NCBI GenBank assembly: GCA_963737655.1
Contig: CAVTTN010000002.1
Coordinates: forward strand, 5,120,001 to 5,184,000
Length of the DNA stretch: 64,000 bases
Reading direction: 5' to 3'
From: an uncultured Planctomycetota bacterium
GTDB taxonomy: Bacteria > Planctomycetota > Planctomycetia > Isosphaerales > Isosphaeraceae
Under the pieces are notes generated by a model, which did not search any database, was not told the DNA's origin, and saw only the letters and a program-made list of their open reading frames with translations. Within the stretch, counting starts at the first letter, position 1, and every line of letters starts with the position of its first letter. The translations under genes and the position numbers were made by a program. This document shows, in pieces, positions 21,282-32,545 of this stretch.

Positions 21282-23499
21282 TTGAGCGATCGGCCTTCGG
21301 GCTCAGACGATGCGATCGGGGGCCTCGGCCCGGAGGCCCGCGGCGAGGTGGCGGGCCTCCTGGGGCCGGACGAGCGCGTCCGCGGGGCGTTCCAACCCGA
21401 TCTGGACCCCGGACTCGTGTATCGCGACGGGCTGGTCGTCCTGACCGACCGCCGCCTCCTCGGCCGGGGCCATTCGGCGGACGCCGGGCCGTCCGGGCCC
21501 TCGGCCCGGCCTCCTGGCCGCTGAATCCCTCGCTCCGGCTCGCGATCCACGAGCATCAGGGCCTGGGGACGCTCGACCTCTCCGGCCCCGACGGCCTCCT
21601 GGCCCGGTGGCGGTTCACCGCAGCTCGGGCGAAGGCGGCGAGGAAGGTCGTCGAGGACTTCCCGGCCGCCGTCGCCGGCCTGCCCGTCGCCGAGGCCGAG
21701 CCCGCCCTGGCCGAAACGGCCGACGAACCGCCCCCCGCCTCGGGACGGACCGCCTCCTCGCTCGTCCGCCTCCTCAAATTCGCCCGGGGCCGCTCCGGGG
21801 CGATCGCTCTGGGCTTTTTCCTGACGCTCACCAGCACGGCCGCCGGCCTGATCCCGCCTTATTTAACCGAGCCGCTGATCGATGACGTGCTCGTCCCCCG
21901 CCAGGCCGGGCAATCGGTGCCGACGGCCCTGATTTCCTGGTACATCGGCGGGATGGCGCTCGCGTCGGTCCTGGCGTGGATCCTGGGATGGGCGAGATCG
22001 TATGTGATGGCCTGGGTCGGCGAGCGGATCAGCGCCGATTTGCGGGACCGGACGTATTCGCACCTCCTTCGCCTGTCGATGGAGTTTTTCGGCGGCAAGA
22101 GGACCGGCGACCTGATGAGCCGGATCAGCTCGGACACCGATCGGATCTGCAACTTCCTGTCGGTCAACCTCGTCGATTTCGCCACCGACATCCTCATGAT
22201 CGCCGGGACGGCGGCGATCCTGGTCGTCAAGGCGCCCTGCTCGCCCTGGCCACGCTCTGCCCGTTGCCGATGGTCGGCTGGCTCGTCCACAAGGTCCGCC
22301 ACCGCCTGAGGAACGGGTTCCGGGCGAGCTCCCGGGCCTGGGCCGCGATGACCAGCGTCCTGGCCGACACGATCCCGGGCATCCGGGTCGTCAAGGCGTT
22401 CGCCCAGGAGGGCCGCGAGGAGGCCCGATTCGTCTCGGCCAACGCCCACAACGTGAAGGTCAACGACCGGGTCAACGCCATCTGGGCCTTCTTCGGGCCG
22501 ATGCTGGGGCTGTTGACCCAGATTGGCCTGCTGGTCGTGTGGGGGGTGGGCGCCTGGCTGGTGTTCCACCGGAACTTCAAGGTCGGCCTGCTGACCATGT
22601 TCCTGACCTACCTCGGCCGGTTCTACACGAGGTTGGAGTCCATGAGCCGGATGGTCCAGGCCACCCAGAGGGCCGCGGCCAGCGCCGGGAGGGTCTTCGA
22701 GATCCTCGACCGCGTGCCGAGCGTCCCCGACCCTCTGCGGCCCCGGGACGCCTCGATCATCCGGGGAGGACTGGAGCTCCGCGACGTGGGGTTCCGCTAC
22801 GGGACCCGGACGGTCCTCGAAGGGGTGAACCTGAACGTCCGCCCCGGGGAGATGATCGGCCTGGTCGGCCCGAGCGGGGCGGGCAAGAGCACCCTGGTGA
22901 ACCTGATCTGCCGGTTCTACGACGTCACGGCCGGCTCGATCCGGATCGACGGAGTGGACGTCCGCGAGTTCGCCGTGAGCGACTATCGCCGCCATATCGG
23001 GATCGTCTTGCAGGAGCCGTTCCTCTTCTTCGGGACGGTGGCCGAGAACATCGCCTACGGCCGCCCCGAGGCGACCCGGGAAGACATCGTGGGCGCCGCC
23101 CGGGCCGCCCGGGCCCACGAATTCATCCTCCGGCTGCCCGACGGCTACGACTCGATCGTCGGCGAGCGCGGCCAGTCGCTCTCGGGAGGGGAGCGGCAAC
23201 GCATCTCCATCGCGCGCGCCCTCCTGATCGACCCCAAGATCCTGATTTTGGACGAGGCCACCTCCAGCGTGGACACCGAGACCGAACGGGAGATCCAGGA
23301 GGCGCTGGACAACCTCGTCCGAGGGCGGACGACGATCGCCATCGCCCACCGGCTGAGCACGCTTAGAAAAGCCGATCGACTGGTGGTCATCGAACGCGGG
23401 AAGATCGCCGAGATCGGCCACCACGAGGAGCTCCTCCAGACGCCCGGGGCGTATGCGAGGCTCCACCGGGCCCAGATCGAGCTGGCGGGGGTGTCGTGA
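21282..23499 (+). CDS. cyanophycin-associated ABC transporter, permease + ATPase (frameshifts near 21510 and 22235)
   Basis: N-terminal DLD..L...GLVVLTDRRLL domain; ABC TMD (FFGGKRTGDLMSRI); GPSGAGKST, LSGGERQR, ILDEATS; lies between cphA and DUF1854. Confidence 0.85.
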
Positions 23500-23500
23500 C

Positions 23501-23974
23501 ATGGGAGGAACGCCGCCGTTCGGCCTGAGCCGGGACGACTGGGGCCGCCTCGTCCTGATCGACGCCTCGGGCCGACGGTTCGTCGGCGTCGAGCCCGTCC
23601 GCGCCTTCCCCTTGAGCGACCCCTCGCGAGGGATCAGCCTGTGCGAGGAGTCCGGCAAGGAAGTCGCCTGGATCGATCGGCTCGACGACCTCCCTTCGGC
23701 GACGAAATCGCTCCTGATGGAGCACCTGGAAGGCCGCGAATTCCTGCCGAGGATCGAGCGGATCGTCTCGATTTCGAGCGATTCGGCGCCCTCGGATTGG
23801 CGAGTCGAGACCGACCGAGGCCCGACGGTCTTCACCCTCGAAGACGAGGAGCAAATCCGCAAGGTCGGCCCCCACCGGGCCCTGTTGACCGACTCGCGAG
23901 GGATGAGGTTCGAGGTCCGGGACGTCCGCGCCCTCGATCCGGCGAGCCGGATGCTGCTGGATCGGTATCTCTGA
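23501..23974 (+). CDS. DUF1854 family protein (cyanophycin-associated)
   Basis: V.PVRAFPLSDP...ISL; REFLP.I.RI; W.VETDRG; LD..SR..L. Confidence 0.85.
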   Translation: MGGTPPFGLSRDDWGRLVLIDASGRRFVGVEPVRAFPLSDPSRGISLCEESGKEVAWIDRLDDLPSATKSLLMEHLEGREFLPRIERIVSISSDSAPSDWRVETDRGPTVFTLEDEEQIRKVGPHRALLTDSRGMRFEVRDVRALDPASRMLLDRYL

Positions 23975-24151
23975 GAAGAAAAGGGGTCGGGGAGTCGGCT
24001 CCCGGGCCGGATTCCCCGATTTCCCTCCAGTCGCCGCCCCCTCGCGGACGACAATGCCCGAGGCCCATCGGGCTTCGCATTGCCCGTTCGGGCCGATTCC
24101 GAGTATAAGGCTCGCCGCCGGATCGATCGGAAGGACCCGAGACGAGGCCCG

Positions 24152-25239
24152 ATGCCCGTGACGCCTCACATCGCCATCCCGCCCCGCCCGGGGATGATCT
24201 CGCTGGTCACTCCCATCTACAACGAGGAGGAGTTGATCGACGAGCTCCATCGCCGGGTCTCCGCCGTGATGGGCGGCCTGAAGCGGCCGTGGGAGGTGGT
24301 TTACGTCAACGACGGCAGCCGCGATCGCTCGTTGGAGATGCTCCGCGAGCATCAGAAGCGGGATGGCCACGTCGTCGTGGTCGAGCTGTCGAGGAACTGG
24401 GGTCATCAGCCGGCGCTGACGGCCGGGCTCTCGGTGGCGAGGGGGGATGCCGTCGTCCTGATGGACGGCGATCTCCAGGACCCCCCGACGGTGATCCCCG
24501 AGATGGTCCGCGCCTGGGACCTCGGGGCGAAAGTGGTCGTCGCCGAGCGGAGGAGCCGGGCGGAGAAGGGCCTCCGAGGGGCGTTGTTCCGGGCGTTCTA
24601 CAAGTGTTTGGGCATCCTCTCCGATTTCCCGATCCCGCTGAACGCCGGGATCTTCGGGCTGCTCGACCGCCAGGCCGTGGACGCCATCAACCGCCTGAGC
24701 GAGAGCAACCGCTACCTGCCGGGCCTCCGGGCGTGGATCGGCTACCCGACGGAGGTCGTCTTCTACGACCGGGCCGAACGCGCGGCCGGGCGCCGAAGCA
24801 GACCTTCTGGAAGCTCGCGAAATACGCCCTCGACGCCATCCTCAGCTTCAGCTACAAGCCCCTGAGGCTGAGCCTGGTGATGGGGCTGGGCGTGGCGACG
24901 TTCGCCCTGGTCTATGGCCTGATCCTGACGATCCTGGGGATTTTCCACGTCGGGCTGTTCGGGCTCCAGTTCGTCCCGGGATACACCAGCACGATCGTCT
25001 CGATCCTGTTCCTGGGCGGGGTGCAACTGGTCTGCGTGGGGCTTCTGGGCGAGTACATCGGGCGGATCTACGACGAGGTCAAGCGTCGCCCGCTCTTCTT
25101 CATCCATCGCGTCCATCGGACGGGCCAGGAGTCGGAGCCGGCGTCCCATGAATCCCAAGGAATACGAGAACCTCGATCGGATCGACCGGACCCACTGGTT
25201 CTATCGGGGCAAGCGGGCGATCGTCCGCCACTGGATTGA
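24152..25239 (+). CDS. GT2 polyprenol-phosphate glycosyltransferase, GtrB/ArnC-like (frameshift near 24790; 3' end uncertain)
   Basis: PIYNEE, VNDGSRD, LSRNWGHQ, MDGDLQDPP; second frame has two TMs and LGEYIGRIYDEVKRRP. Confidence 0.88.
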
Positions 25240-25894
25240 CCGGCTCGCCCCTCCGGGCCCCGACGACCTGCTCGTCGATGCCGGGATGGGCACGGGGACG
25301 TGGCTGGTGGAGATGGCGTCGCGGTGCCGGGTCCTGGGCCTGGACGACCACGACGAGAGCCTGGCCCTGGTGCGCCCTCGATTGGAGGCCGTCGGCGGAG
25401 GCGCCCTGAAGACGACCCTCGATTCGGTCGACCTGCCCGACGGCTCGGCGGCCGTCGTGACCATGATGGACGTCCTGGAGCACCTGGACGACGACGCGGC
25501 GGCGCTGAACGAGATGGTCCGGATCACCCGGCCCGGCGGCCTGATCGTGGTGACCGTGCCGGCGCTGCGGTGGCTCTGGAGCGACTGGGACGTGACGTTG
25601 CACCACCGGAGGCGCTACCACAAGCCGGACCTCCTCCGTCTGTTCCGCTCCCAGGACGTCGAGGTGATCCGCTGCGCGTATTTCAACACGGTGGCGCTGG
25701 GCCCGGCCTGGGCCGTCCGCTCGTGGAGGAAGGTCCGCAAGCCGAGGCCCGGCGCCCCGAGGTTCGAGGACCACGTCCCGCCCGCCCCCCTGAACGGCCT
25801 GATGTACCGGATGATGGTCGATCCGGCCCGATGGGGCTGGCTGAGGCCGCCGGCGGGGGTCTCGCTCCTGGGAGTGCTCCGTAAAAACCCGTAG
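25148..25894 (+). CDS. class I SAM-dependent methyltransferase
   Basis: HWFYRGKR, LVDAGMGTG, DVLEHLDDD, VTVPA...LWS..D...HH.RRY. Confidence 0.88.
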   Translation: MNPKEYENLDRIDRTHWFYRGKRAIVRHWIDRLAPPGPDDLLVDAGMGTGTWLVEMASRCRVLGLDDHDESLALVRPRLEAVGGGALKTTLDSVDLPDGSAAVVTMMDVLEHLDDDAAALNEMVRITRPGGLIVVTVPALRWLWSDWDVTLHHRRRYHKPDLLRLFRSQDVEVIRCAYFNTVALGPAWAVRSWRKVRKPRPGAPRFEDHVPPAPLNGLMYRMMVDPARWGWLRPPAGVSLLGVLRKNP

Positions 25895-26000
25895 GGTGGC
25901 CGCGTGGCATGCTTACATCTTCGTAAGCATGCCTTCAGTCGGGCGTCAATCGGAGACATGCTTACGAGGACGTAAGCATGCCACCCGGCGCATCCTACGG
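25889..26000. repeat. REP-like doublet of the GCATGCT(T/C)AC-N-GT(A/G)AGCATG family flanked by GTAG/CTAC
   Basis: GTAGGGTGG...GGCATGCTTACATCTTCGTAAGCATG...CATGCTTACGAGGACGTAAGCATGCCAC...CCTAC; related copies at about 32447 and 63020. Confidence 0.8.
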
Positions 26001-26105
26001 TCGTTTCGCGCTCGCTCCGGGGCCGTGACCTAGCCTTGGAGCAGGACGGCCGGGGCGATCGATTGAGTGGACCCGGCCGGTTCTCCCTCAAGGAGCGGGA
26101 CGGCC

Positions 26106-26408
26106 ATGCTGGTTCTCACGCGGAAGTTGATGGAAAAGCTCCACATCGGCGACCAGATCACCGTCACGGTGGTCCGCCTGGAGACGGGCCAGGTCCGCCT
26201 GGGGATCGACGCCCCCCGGCAGATCCCGGTGGTCCGGGGAGAACTCCGGCCCCGAGCGGCCGGTGCGGATTCAGGGGCGGAGACGGGGGCGGGGGTGGAG
26301 GCCGACGACCCGGCCTCGCCCCCCGGCGAATCGCCCCCCGGGGCGATCAGGAGACGGCGGCCCGTTCCTCTCGGAATCGGTATCCGACGCCACGGACCGT
26401 CTCGATGA
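26106..26408 (+). CDS. csrA: carbon storage regulator CsrA family protein
   Basis: MLVLTRK..E.LHIGDQITVTVV....GQVRLGIDAP..IPVVRGEL. Confidence 0.88.
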   Translation: MLVLTRKLMEKLHIGDQITVTVVRLETGQVRLGIDAPRQIPVVRGELRPRAAGADSGAETGAGVEADDPASPPGESPPGAIRRRRPVPLGIGIRRHGPSR

Positions 26409-27053
26409 GGTCGGCCGACTCGTTCATCTTCTTGCGAAGGCTCTTGATGTGGACGTCGATGGTCCGCTCCAGGACGACGGCGTCCTCCCCGATCGCGGCG
26501 TCCATCAATTCGTGGCGGGTGAAGGCCCGCCCGGCCTGGCGGAGCATGACCTCCAGGAGCCGGAACTCGGTGGGGGTCAGCAGGAGTTCCTCGCCGTTGA
26601 GCAACGCCCGGTGGCGGTGGCGGTCGATCACCACGCCCTGGCATTCGACGACGGACTCGGCCGGCGAGTCCTCCCGGCGCTCTTCTTGCGGAGCTCCTTC
26701 TTGATGCGCTCGATCAGGACCTTTTGCCGGTAGGGCTTGATCACGTAGTCGTCGGCCCCGACCTTGAAGCCGACCATCTCGTCGATCTCTTCCCCCTTGG
26801 CGGTCACCATGATGATCGGGATCTCCCGGGTCTGGGTGCCCGCGCGCAGGGTCTTGCAGACGTCCCAGCCGTCGCGGACGGGCAACATCAGGTCCAGGAC
26901 GATCAGGTCCGGCAGGCGGAGCTGGGCCTGGCGGAGGCCGTCCTGGCCGTCGAAGGCCGTCATGACCTCGTACCCCTCGCGGGTCAGGCTGTACGCCAGG
27001 GGCTCGACCAGGGCCCTCTCGTCCTCGATGATCAGGATCTTCGGCTTGGCCAT
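26347..27053 (-). CDS. phoB: phosphate regulon response regulator (frameshift near 26673)
   Basis: Receiver domain (ILIIEDE, VLDLMLP, GADDYVIKP) + OmpR wHTH (LTPTEFRLL, RTIDVHIKSLRKK, IETVRGVGY); downstream of pstB. Confidence 0.88.
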
Positions 27054-27100
27054 CGGTAGAGGCTTGCTCGAATGGGTTTCGAGGAGGGTCGTGTCGGGGG

Positions 27101-27144
27101 AGCCTACCATACGACGATGAAGCCTCGATGAAGGGGTGATGAGG
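27101..27144 (-). promoter_or_regulatory. putative Pho box + -10 element upstream of phoB
   Basis: Minus strand CCTCATC-N4-CTTCATC-N4-CTTCATC (11-bp period); TAGGCT lies 10 nt after the last CTTCAT. Confidence 0.65.
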
Positions 27145-27174
27145 AGCGCCCGGTCTTCCTCGGGACGGTCGCGA

Positions 27175-28029
27175 TCAGCCGATCCGGCCGGTGATGTACG
27201 CCTCGGTCCGGGGGTCTCGGGGGTTGGTGAAGAGGCGTTCGGTGGGGCTGAACTCGGCGATCACGCCGATCCTCTGGCCGAGGGAGGCCGGGGAGTCGTC
27301 CAGCATCAGGCAGGCGGTCATGTCGCTGGTGCGGCGGGCCTGCTGCATGTTGTGGGTGACGATCACGATGGTGTAATCGGCCTTGAGCTCGTCCATCAGG
27401 TCCTCGACCTTCGCCGTGGCGATCGGGTCCAGGGCCGAGCAGGGCTCGTCCATCAGGATGACCTCGGGCTCGACGGCCAGGGTCCGGGCGATGCAGAGCC
27501 TCTGCTGCTGGCCGCCCGAGAGCTCCAGGCCGGAGCGGTGGAGCTTGTCGCGGACCTCGTCCCACAGCGCGGCCCGCTTCAGGGACCTTTCCACGAGTTC
27601 ATCCATGTCGCCCCGGTACCCGTTGATCTTCGCGCCCCACGCCACGTTCTGATAGATGCTCTTGGGGAACGGGTTGGGCTTCTGGAAGACCATGCCGATC
27701 CGGCGGCGGAGGGCCACCGGGTCGGTGCTCGGCGAGCTGAGGTCCTGCCCCTCGAACCGCAGCTCCCCTTCCATCCTCGCGCCGGGGATCAGGTCGTTCA
27801 TCCGGTTGAAGCAGCGGAGCAGCGTGCTCTTGCCGCAGCCGGAGGGGCCGATCAGCGCGGTGATCTCGTGGCGGGGGATGCAGATATTGATCTCGCGGAG
27901 GGCCTGGCTCGCGCCGTACCAGACCGAGAGGTTCCGGGCCGTCAGCGCCGGCTCGGGGCTCGGCTCGGCCGGCGGGGCCTCGCTCGGGAGGGCGGTCGTC
28001 ATCGTCGAGCCGTTGGGAATGGGGTTCAT
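27175..28029 (-). CDS. pstB: phosphate ABC transporter ATP-binding protein
   Basis: [62 protein letters not shown]. Confidence 0.97.
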   Translation of the reverse strand: MNPIPNGSTMTTALPSEAPPAEPSPEPALTARNLSVWYGASQALREINICIPRHEITALIGPSGCGKSTLLRCFNRMNDLIPGARMEGELRFEGQDLSSPSTDPVALRRRIGMVFQKPNPFPKSIYQNVAWGAKINGYRGDMDELVERSLKRAALWDEVRDKLHRSGLELSGGQQQRLCIARTLAVEPEVILMDEPCSALDPIATAKVEDLMDELKADYTIVIVTHNMQQARRTSDMTACLMLDDSPASLGQRIGVIAEFSPTERLFTNPRDPRTEAYITGRIG

Positions 28030-28937
28030 CGCGACGGGGCCCGGTAGCGGTTTCGGATCACGATCGCCACGGAATTCATCGTCAGGAGCAGGGCCAGCAG
28101 GATCAGGATGCCCCCGGCCGCCACCACCCGGAAATCCTCGCCCGGGCTCCTCGCCGCCGAGTAGATCTCCACGGGCAGCGCCGTGTACCGGCTCGACGGC
28201 CCGCTCGGCAAAAACCGGATCGAACCGGCGGCGCCGACCAGGAGCAAGGGGGCCGTCTCGCCGATCGCCCGGGACAGCGCGAGGATCGTCCCGGTCAAGA
28301 TCCCCGGCACCGCCGAGGGCAGGACGTGGTCGCGGACCATCTGCCACCTCGTCGCCCCCAATGCCAACGCGGCCTGGCGGAGGCTGGGCGGGACGGTCCG
28401 GAGCGCCTCTCGCGAGGCGATCACCACGACCGGCAGGACGAGCAGGCTGAGGGTCATCCCCCCGGCCCAGAGCGTCTCGCCGACGCCCCACTGCTTGTGG
28501 CCGAAGACCCGGACGAACGCCGCCAGGCCGAGGATCCCATAAACGATCGACGGCACGCCCGCCAGGTTCGCCAGGTTCAGGCCGATCAGGTCGCGGACCC
28601 GCCCCGGGCGGGCGAATTCTTCGAGGTAGACCGCCGCGCCCACCCCGACCGGGATCGCCATCAGGGCCACCAGCAGCAGGAGCCAGATGCTGCCGACGAT
28701 CCCCGCCAGGAAGCCCGACTTGCCGGCCTGGGCCGAGGAGAACCGATTCGTGAGCCCCACCACGCCCGAGATCCCCCCGGGCAGCTTCGCCGCCGAGGAG
28801 ACCACGGCGCCGACCAGGACCACCAGGATCACCAGGCCGAGCAGGGTCGCCGCCAGGCACGCGGCGCGGAACAGCCAGCCGGCGACTCGCCGTCTGGCCA
28901 TCCTCGGCTCGAACCGAGACGGGGCCGGGCCGCTCAT
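28026..28937 (-). CDS. pstA: phosphate ABC transporter permease PstA
   Basis: [27 protein letters not shown]. Confidence 0.95.
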   Translation of the reverse strand: MSGPAPSRFEPRMARRRVAGWLFRAACLAATLLGLVILVVLVGAVVSSAAKLPGGISGVVGLTNRFSSAQAGKSGFLAGIVGSIWLLLLVALMAIPVGVGAAVYLEEFARPGRVRDLIGLNLANLAGVPSIVYGILGLAAFVRVFGHKQWGVGETLWAGGMTLSLLVLPVVVIASREALRTVPPSLRQAALALGATRWQMVRDHVLPSAVPGILTGTILALSRAIGETAPLLLVGAAGSIRFLPSGPSSRYTALPVEIYSAARSPGEDFRVVAAGGILILLALLLTMNSVAIVIRNRYRAPSR

Positions 28938-29902
28938 TGGTAGACCTCCCGGAACCGCCTCAAGATGAAGTTGGAGAGGATGTTCAGGACCAGGGTGATC
29001 AGGAAGAGGACCATCCCCACGGCGAACAGGGACAGGTATTCGTCGTCCCGGGAGGCGTCCCCGCCGATCACCCCGACGATATACGCCGTCATCGTCTCCA
29101 GAGACCTCAGCGGGTTGAACGTGAGCTGCCGGTTCGACCCGGCGGCCAGGACCACGGCCATCGTCTCGCCGATGGCCCGGCTGATGGCCAGGATGAACGC
29201 CGCCATCACGCCCGAGAGGCCGGCCGGGACGACGATCTTGGTCGAGACCTCGAACTTCGTCGCCCCCAGGCCATACGCCGCCTCGCGGAGGCTCCGGGGG
29301 ACGGCCGAGAGCACGTCCTCGCTCAGGCTGGAGACCATCGGGATGATCATGATCCCGACGACGATGGCGGCGCTCAGGACATTATATTGCTCGACCTTGA
29401 ACGTCGGCTCCAAAAGCCATTTCAGGCCCGGGGTGACGAGCATCAAGGCGAGGTAGCCATAGACGATGGTGGGGATGCCCGCGAGGAGCTCCAGGGCCGG
29501 CTTGAGGACGCTGCGGAGCCGCCTCGGGGCGTATTCGCTCAGGTAGATGGCGCTGAGGAGGCCGATCGGGATGGCGATCACCGACGCCCCGGCGGCGATC
29601 ACGAAGGTCCCCCAGATCAGGCCAAAAATCCCGAACCGGGGAGGCTCGCCGGCCGGGTCGAGCTCGGTCCCGGTCACGAATGCCACCGGGCTCACGCCGG
29701 AGATCGCGAAGAACCGGACGGTCTCCACGCCCAGGACGACGACGATCCCCACGGTGGTCAAGACGGTGATCAGGGCGCAGGCGAACAGGAAGAGGCGGAC
29801 GGCCACTTCCTGGACGGCCAGCCAGGGAGACGGCCCCCGCCACGGGTCGGGCGGGGGTTCGGCCACGGCGGCGGGGCTCGAGATCGGCGGGTTCTCGGTC
29901 AC
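28934..29902 (-). CDS. pstC: phosphate ABC transporter permease PstC
   Basis: [33 protein letters not shown]. Confidence 0.95.
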   Translation of the reverse strand: MTENPPISSPAAVAEPPPDPWRGPSPWLAVQEVAVRLFLFACALITVLTTVGIVVVLGVETVRFFAISGVSPVAFVTGTELDPAGEPPRFGIFGLIWGTFVIAAGASVIAIPIGLLSAIYLSEYAPRRLRSVLKPALELLAGIPTIVYGYLALMLVTPGLKWLLEPTFKVEQYNVLSAAIVVGIMIIPMVSSLSEDVLSAVPRSLREAAYGLGATKFEVSTKIVVPAGLSGVMAAFILAISRAIGETMAVVLAAGSNRQLTFNPLRSLETMTAYIVGVIGGDASRDDEYLSLFAVGMVLFLITLVLNILSNFILRRFREVYQ

Positions 29903-29903
29903 G

Positions 29904-30872
29904 TTATTTGGCCGCCGTCTCCGTGCCCATGCCGGCCAGGGCCTTGGCGTTGGCCGCCAGGTCCTCGGCCGTGGGGGCGACGTAGCCCCCGGCCTCCGCG
30001 AACTTGCCGGCGCCGTCGAGGTAGAACTTCACGAACTTCGCCACCTCCGGCCGCTTCATCGCCGAGTTCTTCACGTAGATGAACAGAGGGCGGGCCAGCG
30101 GGCTGTACGTCTTATCCAGGATCGTCTGAGGACTCGGCTCGACCGGCTTCGTGCCCGAGTCCTTCTGGATCGGGACGGCGCGGAGCTTCGACGAGGCCGC
30201 GGCGAAGTAGGCGTAGCCGAAGTAGCCCAGGGCGTCGGGGTCGCCGGCCACCCCGGTGACCAGCACGTTGTCGTTCTCGCTCTGCTGGGCGTCCTTCCTC
30301 TGGGCCCCGGTCTTGCCGGTGATCTCCTCGGTGAAGAAGTCGAACGTGCCCGATTTGCTGTCCGGCGTGAACAGGGTGATCGGCCGGTCCGGCCAGCTCG
30401 GGTCCAGCTCCTTCCAGGTCTTGATCTTGCTGTTGGGCTCGAAGAGCGCCTTGAGCTGGGCGACCGTCAGGCTCTTGACGAAGTCGTTCTTCGGGTTCAC
30501 GACGATGGTGATGCCGTCGTAGCCGACCTGGAAGCGGGTCCAGGGCATCCCGCCCTTGATCGCGCCCTCCTCTTCCTTCGGCTTGGCCGGTCGGGAGGCA
30601 TCGACGATGTCGACCTCCCCCGCGAGGTACTTGTTGAACCCCGGCCCCGTGCCGTGGGAGCTCACGATCACCCGGCCCTTGGGGTCTTCCGAGGCATATG
30701 CCTCCTGGGCCGCCAGGCTGATCCGGAAGACCGTGGACGAGCCATCGACGACGACTTCCTTCGAGGCCGACGAGGAGGAGGACGAGGCCGTCCCTCCGTC
30801 CTCGCCCCCGCCGCACCCGGCGAGGAACAGGGCGGAGACGATCGCGACGGCGGATGACGGACGGAGCCTCAT
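29904..30872 (-). CDS. pstS: phosphate-binding lipoprotein
   Basis: Lipobox LAGC; DGSSTV, GTGPG, DASR, SGTFDFF, YSPLARPLFIY. Confidence 0.93.
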   Translation of the reverse strand: MRLRPSSAVAIVSALFLAGCGGGEDGGTASSSSSSASKEVVVDGSSTVFRISLAAQEAYASEDPKGRVIVSSHGTGPGFNKYLAGEVDIVDASRPAKPKEEEGAIKGGMPWTRFQVGYDGITIVVNPKNDFVKSLTVAQLKALFEPNSKIKTWKELDPSWPDRPITLFTPDSKSGTFDFFTEEITGKTGAQRKDAQQSENDNVLVTGVAGDPDALGYFGYAYFAAASSKLRAVPIQKDSGTKPVEPSPQTILDKTYSPLARPLFIYVKNSAMKRPEVAKFVKFYLDGAGKFAEAGGYVAPTAEDLAANAKALAGMGTETAAK

Positions 30873-30948
30873 GGGAAGCCTCGAGCAAACGCGGGATTCG
30901 GTCCAGGCGGGGCCCGGGGACGGCCCCCTCGCACGACAGTTCGCCCCC

Positions 30949-31012
30949 ACGCTACCCGAATTCCGTGAAGATTTCGGGTAGATGACGCGAGGAGGCGGCG
31001 ATTTTTGTGAAG
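30949..31012 (-). promoter_or_regulatory. putative Pho box + -10 element upstream of pstS
   Basis: Minus strand ATCTACCCGAA-ATCTTCAC (11-bp period) then 10 nt to TAGCGT; a further ATCTTCAC at about 31007-31014. Confidence 0.6.
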
Positions 31013-31025
31013 ATCCGCGGGCCGG

Positions 31026-32350
31026 TCACGGCGGGGCGTCCGGGGGCGATCCCCCCTCGCCGTCCACCAACCGGGGGAGGGTCACGCGGAAGACCGTCCC
31101 TTCGCCCAGCCGGCTCTCCACGCCGATCTGGCCCGAGAGCGACTGGACCAGGTGCTTGACGATCGACAGCCCCAGCCCCGTCCCGCCGAGCTCGCGGCTC
31201 CGGGCCTTGTCCACCCGGTAGAACCGCTCGAAGACCCGGGGGAGGTCTTCCCGGGGGATGCCGATCCCGGAATCCGAGACCTCCAGGCGGATCGAGCCGC
31301 CTCGGGCGGCGCACGAGACGTGGACCATCCCGCCGTCGGGCGTGTACTTGATGGCGTTGTCGATCAGGTTATCGAGGATCTGCCGGACCGCCTCCTCGTC
31401 GGCCAGGACGCGGGCGGAGCGGGGGAGGCCGTCGAGCCGGGCGGTGAAGTCCAGGTCCTTGGCCTCGGCCCGCCCCCGATAGGCCTCGACGATCTTGCGG
31501 ACCACCGGCGCGATCTCCAGGGGGGCGTGATGGAACACCTCCTGCCCCGATTCCAGGCGGGCGAGGCTGAGCAGGTCCATGATCAGGTGGTTCAGGCGGT
31601 CGGCCTGCTCGTCGATCTGGCCGAGGAACCGGCCGTTGACCTCGTCGTCGTGCAGGGCGCCATCCATGAGCGTCTCGGTATACGCCTTGATCGCGGCCAG
31701 GGGGGTCTTGAGCTCGTGGGAGGCATTGGCGACGAAATCCTGCCTCATCCGCTCGAGGCGGCGGAGCTCGGTCACGTCGTGGAAGACCAGGACGGCCCCC
31801 GGGGGGGCGAGCCCGGCAGGGGCGTCCCCTGGACCGCCAGGACGCGGGCCCCGACGCCTCGGCCCTCGGTCCCGGTCACCACGATCTCGACCCGGTGCGG
31901 CCTCGGCCCGGAGAGCGTGGCATCGACGGCGTCCTGGATCTGGGGGCTGCGGATCAGCTCGGCCACCAGCTTGCCGACCGACGCCGGCCCCACGCCAAAG
32001 AGCTTCCCGGCCGCGTCATTGGCGAACAGGAGCCGCCTCCGGGCATCGACGGCGATCACGCCCTCGGTCATCCCTCCCAGGACCGCGCCCAGGAGCTGGC
32101 GGTCGGCCTCCAGGGTCGCCAGCCGGGCCTCCAGCCTCGGGGCGAACTCGTTGAACGACCGGACCAGGCGATCGAGTCGCCCGAACGGGCCGCCGCGGAT
32201 CGGTCGGGCCGACCGGCCCGAGGACAGGGCCTCGACCCCTCGGAGCAGGTCCCCCAGGGCCCTCTGCCGGCCTCGGGCCCATCGCCCGGCCAGGACCGCC
32301 GCCGGGACCGCCCCGATCAGGCCCAGCAGGACCATCCCTCCTGGAATCAT
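31026..32350 (-). CDS. phoR: phosphate regulon sensor histidine kinase (frameshift in the C5-G7 run near 31800)
   Basis: TM + HAMP + PAS (MTEGVIAVD), DFVANASHELKTPL, NLIDNAIKY, FERFYRVDKARSRELGGTGLGL. Confidence 0.9.
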
Positions 32351-32446
32351 CTCCGCCCCCCGGACCCACGACTCGGCTCTGGACCGGTCCATTCTGATCG
32401 GCCGGACTCGGAGGAGGAAGGCCCGACCGATCTTCCCGGGCCGGGC

Positions 32447-32535
32447 GGCATGCTCACGTCTTCGTGAACATGTTTTCAACCCTGCCGCATGACCGAGGAC
32501 ATGGTCACGAACACGTGAGCATGCCACCCGGCCAC
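32447..32535. repeat. degenerate doublet of the GCATGCTCAC REP-like family
   Basis: GGCATGCTCACGTCTTCGTGAACATG ... CATGGTCACGAACACGTGAGCATGCCACCCGG. Confidence 0.75.
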
Positions 32536-32545
32536 GATAGGCCTC

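Noticed and set aside
31790..31810. Programmed frameshift or phase variation in phoR at C5-G7
   Set aside because: Cannot be told apart from the many homopolymer errors in this window.
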